Positions 41,319-54,872 of a stretch of DNA of 64,000 nucleotides are shown here, piece after piece (position 1 is the first letter of the stretch; the number at the start of each line of letters is the position of its first letter). Source of the stretch: Octopus sinensis (Eukaryota); contig NC_043008.1 of the NCBI RefSeq assembly GCF_006345805.1, positions 1,426,001 to 1,490,000 on the forward strand, written 5' to 3'. The position numbers were made by a program, and so were the translations under genes. The notes below the pieces were generated by a model that saw only the letters and a list, made by a program, of their open reading frames with translations, made no database searches and was not told the DNA's origin.

Positions 41319-43254
41319 ATATATATGAGTTCATCAGTTTCCTGCCTTAAGTTCACATTAATAATACAATTCATAGATGAAGATGCCTTGCGCTATTTTT
41401 CGTGGATAATACGAAAGATATTTGAATTAACACTAGTTAGCTTCTACACGTGTATTGGAACATACAGCTGACCTAGCGAAAACTAAATATTTCCTGGAAG
41501 GTCAAACAGTTCGAATTTGTTAGTGCACTCTTACACAAAGAATATATATTTACACGATTCTGATGTTAAAATAAAAGTTTCCAAAATTCGATTACATTAT
41601 CTTTAGAATGCCTATCTTCTTTATTTCACATGATCATACTCTGTGTACAAGAGAGTGCTTGCTCTCATGTGCTCAGCTTTTTATTTTACAAAAAGCAGTC
41701 ACCTTATATTGCTTAGATCCATAAGCATAATTCTATTCCCGTTAAATATTTTAGATGATCAGTAATGTGGTTTTCTAAAGTAATGTAGAATTATGCCGTG
41801 TGCATCGAAATATACTATAGCGAACATGTTGCAAATTGCATCTATACAGTATATATACTTAAATAACTTTCCATATCGTATATATTTTTTATTGAAGATG
41901 TACAATGTATCATAGAGCATTAGATATGAGAAAAATGTATATAGAAAATTAAAAACATACAGCATTTCCACGGGAAATGTTATTATGAAAATCCATATTG
42001 AAATATAGACCAAAGATATGTATTTTGTTTACTGCCTCAAAAAGTTTAAAAGCGTGAAAGCTAGCTGCTTTTTGAACAATATCTTATAGTGTTTATTCGG
42101 AAACAAACCAGTTTTGTATATGAATAATAGTTGCTGGTAATTGTAACATAGATTTTCGTATCAAAAGAAAAATAATGCATTTCTCATGTATTGGAATTTG
42201 AATTTAAAATAACGTAGGTTTTCCATCATTAACAAAAAAGTTGTGAAAAAAGGTTCCATTTAATGTAACTTTAGAGAAAAAATCTAACACAAGAAAAATG
42301 CTTAGAAATGTTTTTCAGAAAGCTAATGCATCATATGTCAGGTTGTTTTTACTAAGTCAGGGAATATAAACATCATTTCTTGTACTTTCTCAAATAATTT
42401 CTATTTTGATCAAGTGGTAAGTAGCGTTGTGTGAGATGTAGACGATGGGACAAAACCAACCACGTGCTTTTGTGAATTCCTATGCAATGTGTAATGCAAC
42501 AGCACATAATTGATAGGCAAATATATTTTCCTATACAAACGAATATACATAACACGCAGCATCTTCTTTCCATTCTTCTGGCTCCCATTCACAGAACCTC
42601 TCACTCGGATAAACGGATTTATATATCTGTGTATATATGTATATATGTTAGTGTATATATATCCATCCATACAAATATAAATATATTCGCACACACACAT
42701 ATACATATTTAAATATATATATAGTGTGTGTGTTTATGTGTGGGCGTTTGTATACGTGGAAAGTAGAGTTGCGTGTGAAGAAGTGTGTTCGTGTCTTCTT
42801 ATACAACAAAAATATAAACACAGAAACAATATATTCCTTCACAAACATTTCTCTCTCCCAAACGGTTGACGACTGCATCAGTTTTTATTCTTCACTTTAT
42901 TCTTTCACTTTCTTTGAAAGGACGCAATTTCAGTGGGTTTCCTAGAAAACTACAAGAAATGTCTAAGTACAAAAAGAAAGTAAATTTGAACAAAAAGCAA
43001 ATACTTTATTTTGCACCAGTTTCCATTACTTCACTAACGCATATTGTAAAAACGCATATTGTAAAAAGGGAAATAAATGAAATGTTATGTTTCTGAAATG
43101 GGATTATATCGAGACAAAATATTTTCTGTCACATAACATAATTATATAATCAAAACAGGAAATCTATATATATCAGGGAATATCGCCGTTCACGAAATAA
43201 ATAAATAAGTAAATAAATAAATAAATAAATAAAAAGGTCTGTAAATTATATTTT

Positions 43255-43630
43255 ATCGTGGCACTCCGTCCGTTACGACGACGATGATTTCAGTTGATCC
43301 GATCAACGGAACAGCCCTTCTCGTGAAATTAACGTGCAAGTGGTTGAGCACTACACAGATACGTGTACCCTTAACGTACTTCTCGTAGTTCAACGTGACA
43401 CAGAGTGTGGCGACACTCGCCCTTTGAAATACAGGTACAACAGAAACAGGAAGGAGAGAATGTTTTGGTGAAAGAATAGAGCAGGGTTCGCCACCACCCT
43501 TTGCCGGAGCCACGTGGATATTTTAGGTGATTTCGCTCAATAAACACTCACAACGCTCACCCTGGGAATCGAGACTGCGATCCTGCGACCGTAAGTCCGC
43601 TGCTCTAACCACTGGGCCATTGCGATTTCA
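43255..43630 (-). mobile_element. Near full-length tRNA-derived SINE
   Basis: Minus head GCAATGGCCCAGTGGTTAGAGCAGCGGAC...GTCTCGATTCCCAGG (A- and B-box); body GTTGATCCGATCAACGGAACAGCC...AAATTAACGTGCAAGTGG; (TTTA)n tail at ~43195-43235. Confidence 0.88.
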
Positions 43631-44768
43631 CAATATATTATCACATAAAAGGGAATTTATTCCAAATATAATGAATGTATGAGTTCTGTAAATCCTTTTC
43701 ACACCCATAGTAACGCAACGGGTAATTTGTTTTTGCACTTGTATATGGCTTTCCAGAAATCCTAAAATCAGACGACTGTTTTCCAACAGTCAGAAATGTT
43801 TCTTTTCCATTAAATAAGTCAGGAAATGAAAAACAAAAAGAGATATATGATTCTAATTTCACGTTTCATGTTTCAATATTCTTCTTTTTGTTGTACAATA
43901 CATTTACTTACTTATAAGGAAGATCTGAAATAATAATTTTGTACCATTTCTAACTGACCATTCACCCATATGACTGAAGATAACTAAACTGTGACCAAAT
44001 CATGTATTTGGAATAACCATATACAGAACTATATTTCCTGTACTGATTCCATTTCATGTCGATCTGTCTTTGATACTGTGGATCTCCGTTTCACTAGGAG
44101 GTCGGGCATCTGTAGAAAAGGCACTTAATTTGGTATAAAGTATGTCACAGATCCTTCTTACAAAAAATGAATACTCAAATGTATGTATATATAGGTGTGT
44201 GTTTGTGTATGTGTGTGCGTGTATGTTTATATAGTCTTTGGCATAGATAATCTTGACGCAGATTAATTTACTGAAAGATGTGCTCCATAAGTTATTGTCA
44301 ATGCCGTAGTTTGTACGGTATATCCGGATCTGCCTTCGTTTCAAACTGGTTGCAACAGGCAAGCAGCCTTTAGAATTATCCCCAGTACGTAACTTTTCCT
44401 TTCTTCTCGGGTTGTCAGGGTGATGGGAACAAGAACTACCACGGGGAAATTTCAACGCAGACACTGAAAATTCGAAATTTATAGAGCAACGCATTTTTCC
44501 GAGAGTTCATCAAAAGCTAAGCTTCATGAAGACGCATCTACATATAGATTTAAACTGAATCGCGCTTTCCTGTGCAGTTTTTGGAAGTTTCCTAATATCG
44601 TGTTTTCGAATATAAAAGAAAGATAAAATTAGAGCAAACTATTTCCAGTCTGATTCTCGAATATATGCAGACAAAATTTCCAGTACGATTCTTTAAATTC
44701 TTTAAAGTGTTTCAAATTTAAAACTACTGTCATCCTGGGGAACACCACCTTGCTGGAGTAAATGAGAT

Positions 44769-44965
44769 TTTCTTCTTCTTCTTCTTCTTCTTTTTTCTTC
44801 TTCTTCTTCTTCTTCTTCTTCTTCTTCTTCTTCTTCTTCTTCTTCTTCTTCTTCTTCTTCTTCTTCTTCTTCTTCTTCTTCTTCTTCTTCTTCTTCTTCT
44901 TCTTCTCTTCTTCTTCTTCTTCTTCTACTTCTTCTTCTTCTCTTCTTCTTCTTCTTCTTCTTCTT
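44769..44965. repeat. (TTC)n microsatellite
   Basis: Directly visible. Confidence 0.97.
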
Positions 44966-46240
44966 CCATATTTACTAATAATTGCGTGTCTTATGTGTAG
45001 AACCGTAGTATTTCTCGGGTCTTGTGAAAATTATATGTGTATATTCCCAATCCTCTAATATAATATTACAGAATTCTTCCTCTAAGACTCAAACTACATC
45101 AGTGTAGTTAACTTTCAACAGGCAGAAAACAATTCTAAGTAGAATATAAATAAATATGAATGCTATCTCCTTCATATCAATCCTTGAATGTTACGTAAAA
45201 TATTGTAAGCCGATCCTTTATTGCAAAACTCATGAAATATATATATAAAATTCAAAATATATAATAAATCATTAAAACGAACTTAATGCCTATATGTCGC
45301 TTAAGAAACAAAATATGTATTCAATGCCAACTATCGCTGCGTATGTTTTGAAATATTTCAGATATGCATATTCAAAAATGTTTTATATTTATCTGTTAAT
45401 AATGCACATACTGTAAATACATTGCGTTCATTCACAATTGCGTTGCTAATTATAACAAGGATTATACAAATAAATGTTGAAAGAAAGGCGATTGTTATTG
45501 AACAATTTAGATTGGAGATATGAGCTAGTATCTTTCGAAATATTTTGCCAAGAAAGCTGTGAATGCAAATTTCTTTTCAATATTTCAGTTTCCAAATGGA
45601 ATTACACATGACCCATATTTACGTGCAAAATTCTATTCAAAATGTAACGGAGAGCATTAAAAAGAAACATTAAATATTTCTAAGTTAAAGATCGGAAATG
45701 TAATGGCAATGAAGAATGTTTTCTTCCGTTGCTTAAATCATATTCATAAATGAAAGTGTAAATGTGAAACGTATTTCATATATTGCTTGTGTTACATGCG
45801 GTATTAAGAATCGCTACATGTAATTATCTGCATACTTAGTTCAAATTATACCTGTTTCAGTTTAGCGGTTTAGCTCTCCGGGCTCGACGGATTTATGTAA
45901 CATTCGATATTTGAGTCAATATCATCACCTGAAGATTCCTCCCGAAATGACTGCCTTCTCCCTAAAGTAGAAGCCACTTTTTGTGCAGATTGAGTGACGT
46001 AGAAGTATATTCTCTTTTGTAATTCCTTAACATAAGAAAGACATCAGAGTATGTATGGCATCGTTCAGAGCGTCTGTGACTGGTGAAAAAAAAAGATATA
46101 AATTATTCATATTCAGACCGTAGAGTTGTGCTGAGTGGTCGCAAATCTTTGATTCTGCTACGTACACTTTCATCTCTGTTAGTGGTATTCAACCGAGTTA
46201 TGTTACGATTGAATTCTACTGAACAATAAACGAAACTTAC

Positions 46241-46279
46241 CATTTGAATGAATTCCACACTTTCCAATCTTCCCGTCTA
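46241..46279 (-). other. Candidate 39-nt symmetric exon (E)
   Basis: cttcttgttgaaattcag|TAGACGGGAAG...CATTCAAATG|gtaagt; open in phase 1 (DGKIGKCGIHSN) and phase 2 (RREDWKVWNSFK). Confidence 0.4.
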
Positions 46280-47274
46280 CTGAATTTCAACAAGAAGTAT
46301 TTTGCTGAGCGAAGGATATGCGCAGAAAATATCAATCCGAGTGATGTTCATTTTTATTGAGCGATATACCACACAGTACTGCAGCGAATGCCTTAAAAGC
46401 AGCTTCACATCTTTGCACAGATTATGTTAATGGAAGAAGTGCGCTCTGGTGGTAAATGAAAGCTTCAGTAGAAACAAAGTAGCTATCCTCATCTGCATAA
46501 GTTTAGCAGCGGCAATAAGATCTACATGAATCCATTTCGCCATAACTATAAAGACTGTTATCAATTATTGGAGAAACGAATAGAAAGCGAAGCCCTAAAT
46601 ATTTGAAATTAACAGAGATAAATATTATTGTAGCGGTCTCCATGCACAATATCAAACCACGATCTAAAATTAGCAGTAACATATTTCCTGAATTATCACT
46701 GTGTTTAAAACAGGAATATTACCCAAAACCTGAAATTAAGTTATGACGGTCATGATCGACGCGATGTTAATCTTAGTTGTGTTAGAAAATTATTAACGAG
46801 CTATTGTAAAGGAAAGGAGAAAAACACCGTACAGAAATATCTAAACTGATGCATAAACGTGTGATAAATAGCAGCCAAAGCTCTTTTAAGTCATACCATA
46901 ATATCTTAATGGTGGGAAATTTAACATGTGAAATAATAAAGAGGAATCTCTTTCGTGATTGGTACATTCGTTCTTAGATTACCTACGTCTATACAATAGC
47001 AGTGGAAAGAACAACAGCAACATTATTAATTAGCTTTCCCTCGACATATTATGTATAATTTACGAAATAGGATTCCAAACTCTCCCCTTTACTCAATTCT
47101 GATAAATTAGGATCAATCAGAACATGAACACGGACACCTATAATATAACCATGCAAAACAATATCCAATAAATAAATAGATAAATAAATAAATAATTGAC
47201 GTCTGTGGTGAGATTCAGTCACAGCAACGGTACGGAGATACAATTCAAAGTCAGAACAAAAAGGATGGACTTGC

Positions 47275-47333
47275 CTATGTTATAATATATAAGCCAAACA
47301 TTGAAGAATTCGACTAAAATTCTTTTTCCGTCT
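47275..47333 (-). other. Candidate 59-nt exon (D) with GC-type donor
   Basis: Very strong acceptor tttttctttcctctttgttttcttttcag|AGACGG; donor AG|gcaagt. Confidence 0.35.
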
Positions 47334-49147
47334 CTGAAAAGAAAACAAAGAGGAAAGAAAAACGTATCGACGGTGGCGGTGGCCAGAGGGATAAAGCAAA
47401 GATGGCGATGAGTGGGAAGAAGTGGTGTCGATGGTTCTGAAATTGATCGACCTTGTCTACACATACTCTGGACACTTTACCGGGATTGTAGACAATATCC
47501 AAATAAAATATAAGCCTCGTTTGCATAATAGCAGTACGTAAATACAGATATACAATATACAACTGAGAACAATAATTACTTCTGGATGGAAAACTTCTTA
47601 TGCATTCAAGCAGAAGGGCCTTTCTGGAATGTATTGGAAATGCGGATTGATTACTTTAAAACGGATAACGCATTATAAACAGGGAAGTATTTATGAATGA
47701 ATTATGTACTTTGGAATATCGCATAATACAGAACGAATCTAATAAATTTCTGCAAAGCAAATACTGCTTGAGGTGTCAGTTTACTGACTTGGCAACTTTT
47801 GATATACAACCGTAATGCGAATCATCAGAGATGTCAGAAACCGTAGAGGAATAATGGGATATTATAAAATTTAAATAATCCGACCCAATGTACGAACAGA
47901 ATCACAGGTTATTGCGACAGCTAGTGGGCTCGATAAATCTAACAGTTTTGTTTATGATGCTGAGTTGAGAAACCTCTGTTATTAGTGCTAGGGGTAGATG
48001 AAAGTTTACTTTAATGTAAATAAGCCATATATTGTTTCTGCTATGAATCGAATCACAACCAAACAAACATTACAAACCGAACAGGAGGATAAAGCATCGA
48101 CGCCACACCTCACGTCAATAAATGAATAATAGAATTGTGAAAGCCGGTCTCGTGATTAATTCTGTTTACATACAGCGGTGTGTCTATTTATTGGTTGCCA
48201 ATTAGAACAAATATATAAGGCGTGATTGTGTTAAGATATTCCGAAATAAAATACTGCATTATTTTAGAGTCATATGCATCTGTTCTGGATTTTGGAGATT
48301 TTTGCATCAGTGCAGCTGTCAGAAAATACTGATCCTGCCATTTTAGATTTATGTGGGGAGATCGGCGTGATATTGAATAAGCTTAGAAAACAGTACGTTC
48401 CTGAAGGTTTTATAATTTTATGAACAAGAACGGTAAGTTTTAAAGATATTAGGAAAAGTGATAGCTAAATTGTTGTCCTCACTTTCTCAAATCCTCAGTC
48501 CCAAACAATATATTTTCTTTTGACATAGTTGTACATGTCAATGATAATATTTGGCTGCAAAGAAAGAAAATTTGTGTTTATTGTAAGATATAGGAAAGGC
48601 ACTTTTCTATAAAGTGTTCCAAAGATTTTGATTCAACTTCAGTCAATGGCGGCCAACCTAGGCTGAGCTGAGCATTTATTCTCTTTCTGCTCTTACTGTC
48701 TCCAGTGATGGATATTCTGCTCAGTCTTAAAGAGTGAGATATTGTCCATATGTTTGAAGAACCTCAAGTAATTTGCTTCAAACATTTTGCGATAGAGTTG
48801 AAGTCGAAACTTTCCAGACTTGGTAAACATGAAATATTTACAAAAGAAGAATTTATGCTCAAATGAAAGTGAACTCAAATATTAAGCGGCTAACTTAAGA
48901 TATACATAACTACAAGCATTTCGCGAGGAAGCAAACAGAGGTATACTGTCATTAGGACTAAGCGCTGCCCTTATACAAGCCTTAGATATAAACCTAACTG
49001 GCAAATATCATTTCAAAACGAGTTGGTATAAATCAAAACTGCGATGTGTATGAGCTGTTGTACGTGGGAATGATACATACCGGTAAATATATAGCAGATC
49101 GGTAGAAAATGTGTTCCATTTCGAACACCATCGGAGAAATTAAAGAT

Positions 49148-49545
49148 CAGGCGTGGCGTGTGGTAAGAAGCTTCCTTCTCAACGGCACAATTCCCGCTTC
49201 AGCGCCACTGCATGGAATCTTGGGGAGTGCCTTCTACTACAGCCTTGGGTCGACCAAATGCTTGCGAGTGGAAACTGAAAGAAGCCCGTCGTATATATAT
49301 ATTTATAAATGTATGTATTTGTGTTCGTATATGTATTTACCCACCCCCTTACCATCGCTTTACAGCCGATGCTAGTGTGTTTATGTAGCAGTAACTTAAC
49401 GGTTTAGCAAAAAAAAATCCCGAGAGGATAACTACTATGCTTACAAAGAATAAGTCCTTCGGTTTATTTCTTCAAGAAAATCCCCTTAAGGCGGTGCTCC
49501 GACATGGCCGCAGTCAAATAAGTGAAACAATAAAAGTAAAAAATA
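49148..49545 (+). mobile_element. Near full-length tRNA-derived SINE (CORE-like family)
   Basis: GGCGTGGCGTGTGGTAAGAAGCTT...CTTGGGGAGTGCCTTCTACTACAGCC...GGAAACTGAAAGAAGCCCGTCG...TAAGGCGGTGCTCCGACATGGCCGCAGTC. Confidence 0.88.
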
Positions 49546-49788
49546 AAATCTAACAGGTCAGACTCCAATTTCTGCGATGTATCTTAGTCTATTATATAGC
49601 ATGGAAAAAGGGTTTAGTTTAGGTCCTATGAACTTAAACCCATCACTGACATATGACTACTTGTAAAAGTTTCATTAAACAGTAATATATACTCTTTGTA
49701 GCTTATGGGAAAAGTTTTTCATGTAATGATTCCGTCCATAGAGACATACGATCCACTTCATTGCTTTAAAAGGCAACCGATATCTTAC

Positions 49789-49826
49789 CATTGTTGCAAT
49801 CACCATAGATGTATCCTTCATCATAT
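49789..49826 (-). other. Candidate 38-nt exon (L)
   Basis: gatatgttgcag|ATATGATGAAGG...GCAACAATG|gtaaga; phase 2->1 reads YDEGYIYGDCNN; weak pyrimidine tract. Confidence 0.28.
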
Positions 49827-50339
49827 CTGCAACATATCCCAATGAATTCGCTGAGCATGCTAGAAATGATGGGTAAAGAAATGCGGTTGTTTACATATTA
49901 CTTAACCATTCACTGTCAGGTTTCGAAACACTGAATTTCTAGTTCTGATTCATGAATATTACTGAAGGAAAATACAAGTTGTTGGATCTGCATCGAACTG
50001 TACATATGATCCACTGATATTAAATTCTGGAGAACCATTCATACTTTGAATCATATTAACAGCATATTTTAGACATTATTCAAGCTCCAGTACAAAACTA
50101 ATATTTGAAATATATCAACCGAATGTAATCAAATATATCGTAATATTTCGTACATCAAATATGTACAGTACATTAATTTACGACAAATTCTTAATTTGGT
50201 CACTCCGCCTTCTAAAATGAGAATGTAGAGATATGCAATTACATTATTGCAATAATTTTGTGAGGCTATATCTTGAAATACGGACTCATAATCTACTTAA
50301 CGATTGACGAATTATACTTAATCAGAATAGTTGAACGCA

Positions 50340-50800
50340 TGTTTATCTCTTGAAAGCATGTATGTGACGTCCGTCAGCGAAACCAGGATTTCCAACACAC
50401 ATGATCTAGCTCCTAAGTCTGAAGATTTTATTATGTAGGCATGAGTAAGTAGGCCTGAAATGAGAGGCGCGGTAGCGGTGGTTTTTCAGAAAGTCCTGGA
50501 TCTCGAAGTAGGTAGATCATCCTGGACTCAGATGGTAAGTCGGTGGTCCTGGGTATGATCAGTAGCGAATGGGTGTTTTCAGACAATTCACGGTGAGCGC
50601 TTCGACTGGTGCGAAGCAGCCAGATTTCTTCAGAATTTGGAGGTTTCTTCGGGATGTCATACCATGCAAAATTAACATTTGTGTTCTGTGCAGTTGTAAT
50701 TCATCACTGGAGAACGGGTGTACCTAATAGATGCAATTCACTGACATAAGGATTCATTGAGACACCGTGGTGCGACGAACTTAATTCTATGCGCCTCTCG
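50340..50800 (+). mobile_element. L1/Tx1-type LINE apurinic endonuclease fragment, decayed
   Basis: IILDSDGKSVVLGM and GVFRQFTVSASTGAKQPDFFRI resemble the Tx1 EN segments D..GR...L and F.L..VYAP......FF..L. Confidence 0.6.
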
Positions 50801-52291
50801 TCAACGACATTCCGATCAATGAATTCTACAAGAAACATAGCTCTTAATTTTAGATAACGAAAAATAAATGATTTGCAGGTGTATGTTTTATGGTTAATAA
50901 TGATTTATGGGGAAGTAGGTGGATCTGCGAGAAAGTAAAAAGAAATCAGCTGGTTTCTCTCAGCAAGATTAATCACTTTCGTTAGATTTTTTGATTGAGT
51001 AGTTTTGATTAAAATAACTTGCAATAAATTAAAAACTGCACAACCTCAAAGACCTTTACTTTAATGCAAGGACTGTGTTAGGAACACATATTGTCGAAAG
51101 GAAGATGTGTTTCAATGACAGTAATAAGCATATACGGGTTTCAATCTGCCACATCATATTAAAAATGGATACGCTATTGTTTAAGTAGCTGCTGTACTGG
51201 CAACAAAACATGATTTATTGATTCGAGTTTAAGGAAAATTATATTCCCCAAGTAGTCATAATTTAACCATTAAAAATATGTCTGATCGTAACTATGTTAT
51301 TTGTAATTAATAACATTAAGATTATCTGATTTAACATATATGTGGCATTGATTTGAATACATCTTACTATTCTGAAAATACTAATAATCGTTTTATTTTT
51401 CTACTACATTTCAAGCAAAATGGCGGAACAACTATTACTATTCTCTATTTGAGAAACTTATCAACTGATTAATCAGAGGGAAATTTGCAGTCTGTCGGAG
51501 GAAACAAAGTTAAGGAATAATAAAATTTTTGAGTAGATACTAAAGTTAGATTACGGTAGCTTGAGGAACGTATGCAGACCCGCCTTGCGGGAAAGTATCA
51601 ATGTCAATCCAATGCTTATCAGTGGAAGTAGAATATATATATGTATGTGTGTATGAATTTATGTATGTATATGTGTGTGTGAGTTGTGTGGTTTATTAGC
51701 GGCTCACAATTTTAGTATTAAACTGACAGATAAATTGCTGTGTTAAAATTATAGTTGAAATTATCTTCAAAATGTCTTACTTTGCACAGATAACCGCTAC
51801 TTGCAAGTTGATAGAACTTAGTAATACGCACATTGCTCTCGTTACTTATTTGAAGTTAGTCTCGACCAGACACAGACTCTATATAGTTCCCCTTCCACTT
51901 GGCACGTTTGAATATTTCTTGGATGCAACTCCTCGAAGAACAGTTTGTAGCTGTACGCAAGCGATACGCTGTATAACTGAGCAGACTAGAAATAAAAGAT
52001 TCTGCTTGTTCTTTAGAATTTAAGTCATGATTTTAGACAATCACCTTCACTTGTAATTGGTGTGTCTTCGCAATCACTCGTATAAATGTTATGAAATAAT
52101 CATATGGATTTCAATTACAGACTTATGTATGAAAATGAATATACGATTTATCAGAATCTTGCTCCATCAGGGCTGAAATAGCTCATCCAATATCAACAAC
52201 AATGGTTTCACACAAATTAATATCTAATAATATCTAAGACGATGAAATGCAACCTCTTAATAAATACTTACTGTAGTGTAGAGTTACTCAC

Positions 52292-52320
52292 TTCAGAATT
52301 AATTTGGCGATTTCCCATAT
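52292..52320 (-). other. Candidate 29-nt exon (C)
   Basis: ttatattataccag|ATATGGGAAATCGCCAAATTAATTCTGAA|gtgagt; reads IWEIAKLIL (0->2) or MGNRQINSE (1->0). Confidence 0.35.
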
Positions 52321-53479
52321 CTGGTATAATATAATAACTCATGAATCCTAAATGCAAGTTTTATGTCATATGTATCTGCTACTAAAGCCTGCTGTAATCA
52401 TTTTATCGATCTGTACCATAGCAATATATTTAGGAAACGGCCATCTTATGAGAGTACTGTTTACATGAAAGAGAAATATGTTGAATAATCACAATCTAAG
52501 CTCAAGTGGGAACTAAATAATATAATACTTGGTAATCATTCTTGAAGCAGTTTGGACCCAATAGTGTCTAACTTAGAAATGAACATTATAAACAAATCCA
52601 TTTTAATTCACATTCATACGAGATAAAGGTGCATTTTTTGTGAAATTCCAACGAATACTCACAGTTAAATAATTTCATTAGAAGTTCGAGTCATGTTAGT
52701 GCGAAGATAGATGAAATAAGTTAGACCAAGTATCTCATTAAGTTTTGCTAAATTACACTCAAGCGATTGCGTAAGTTAGAATTTGCAATAAGAAATGTGC
52801 AGCTTCAGATAATCAAGAAGAACTATAATAATCATATTCCTTCTAGAAATTATTCCCTTGATTCTTCTACACACACACATATATATATATAATTTTTTAA
52901 TTGATTTTATAGTCATTTTAATTAACCTTACTTAAAGCATATAAACTGCTAATCTTTCCTAACTCTATTCTGAATTTAACATGTAATACTATTCCCTTAG
53001 TGATACATTTGATTTTCACTATAAATTTTGAATAAGTAAGATTCCCCTACCAGTTGCTATTGAACTCATTTGACCTCTAGATGTTGACCTAAATTCCTTG
53101 TTACCATATATAAACATAAGTTAAAATAGAAACAATAATAAATAAATAACCTTCTATTCTAGTGTTAACCTTAATTCTCTTACTGTATCTCGCCCTACCG
53201 ATAACATATGACCCCTTTAGTGTTTTCCTTTGATCTTCCTGTATTCTTAATTCCACCATTATTTCTGTGAGTTTCTCAGTTCAGAGCTAGTGGTGGTCAA
53301 ACTTACAGTTCTTTTATGAATTTAAAATTCCTTCTTCACTGACCTAGATTTTCTGTCATCACGGATATAGACTGACCTGTGTCTGTGGTATCTGTGGTAT
53401 CTTTTTCTCCTGATGTCCTTTGCTTTAGCTAAACCTACCCACCGTTGTCTTACTTGCTACTATAGAATTTTGCCTGCAA

Positions 53480-53780
53480 CAGTTAGATGCGAACTTAACC
53501 ATGGTATGACCAGCATCTTTCCTCATGTCTATTGGAACTTATATCCACATCTTTATGAGTAGATGTATCTTCTCTGGGATGTTAATAATCAATTTAAACA
53601 CTTTGTACTGTTGGAAAAACATATATAGTCTGCTTGGAATCTTACTTCAGATTCATGGAACTCACTACTATAACTTCATAAGGATATTTACACTCTCTAA
53701 GATGTTTGGAAAACATATATGTGATTTAGCTGATGAATACTTAACATTATATTTGCTGTAATATTTGCAGCTTTAAATAA
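53480..53780 (-). mobile_element. Possible hAT transposase C-terminal dimerisation-domain remnant
   Basis: Minus: ICFPNILESVNILMKL ... SKIPSRL ... LIINIPEK, resembling FPN...L.I...P.SS...ER.FS ... RSRL ... I.INxP; many stops. Confidence 0.35.
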
Positions 53781-53862
53781 AATGTTTATGGTATGAAACA
53801 CTTGTACTAGACTACCGATCCATTATTGTTGCTTTTTTCTTGGTATATATAATATATATATA

Positions 53863-53902
<40 letters not shown>

Positions 53903-53906
<4 letters not shown>

Positions 53907-54130
53907 ACAATCAAGGAACGGCCATAATAGGCCATTCACCCACTAGAAATAACAGCCAAAGCTTCAACCGCAAATAAAAATCAATTCCGTAAACCAGGAG
54001 AAAATTTAAAAAACATTTACCCTGTAAATTTTCTCCTGGTTTACGGAATTGATTTTTATTTGCGGTTGAAGCTTTGGCTGTTATTTCTAGTGGGTGAATG
54101 GCCTATTATGGCCGTTCCTTGATTGTTGAT
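53903..54130. repeat. Perfect 106-bp inverted duplication (16-nt loop) abutting (TA)n
   Basis: 53903-54008 is the exact reverse complement of 54025-54130, checked base by base. Confidence 0.95.
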
Positions 54131-54231
54131 GTTGAACTTAAAAATGGTCTATGACTATTTAATTTTTTCCCACTAGGCCACTGGTGGCAAAAAAATTCTA
54201 CAAAATTTTTTGCCACCCTATATTGATTAAT

Positions 54232-54284
<53 letters not shown>

Positions 54285-54364
54285 TCTTACGGAGATGTAC
54301 TTGCGTAGCAAGCGGCCTGATCTTAGTTTGTGTACTGGAACGTAAACAATTGCAGCATGGAAAA

Positions 54365-54590
54365 GGCTTATAAGCCATTAAAAAAAACAACCGTTACATT
54401 CACTTCAAAATTTAAATATAATTAACCAAAATATTTTCGTCGCTTTGAGACCGCGACCTGTTCACTGACAGCAAGGAGTTTCGTCAGTGAACAGGTCGCG
54501 GTCTGACAGCGACGGAAATATTTTGGCAAATTAAATTAAAATTTTGAAGTGAATCTAACGATTTTTGTATGTTTTAAATGACTTATGAGC
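54365..54590. mobile_element. Palindromic foldback/MITE-like element
   Basis: Arms 54392-54469 and 54483-54560 (...GAGACCGCGACCTGTTCACTGAC / GTCAGTGAACAGGTCGCGGTC...), imperfect, extending with more mismatches to ~54365 and ~54590. Confidence 0.75.
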
Positions 54591-54827
54591 ACCATCTTTT
54601 CTGGTTATATGTAGAGGAAAGAATTAAAATAAGCAGCAATACAACTTATTAGTTCTTACGTACGATTCACGATGACAGTAGTTTGGAACTCAGTGTTGAA
54701 TGGACATTTGGATGTCTAAGGGCAATGGGTCAACGGTGTGACACATTATTCCAATCTTTTGAAGAATGACATACATATATATATATGTGTGTGTAGAGAG
54801 AGAGCATAAGTGTATGTCCAGTGAGTG

Positions 54828-54872
<45 letters not shown>

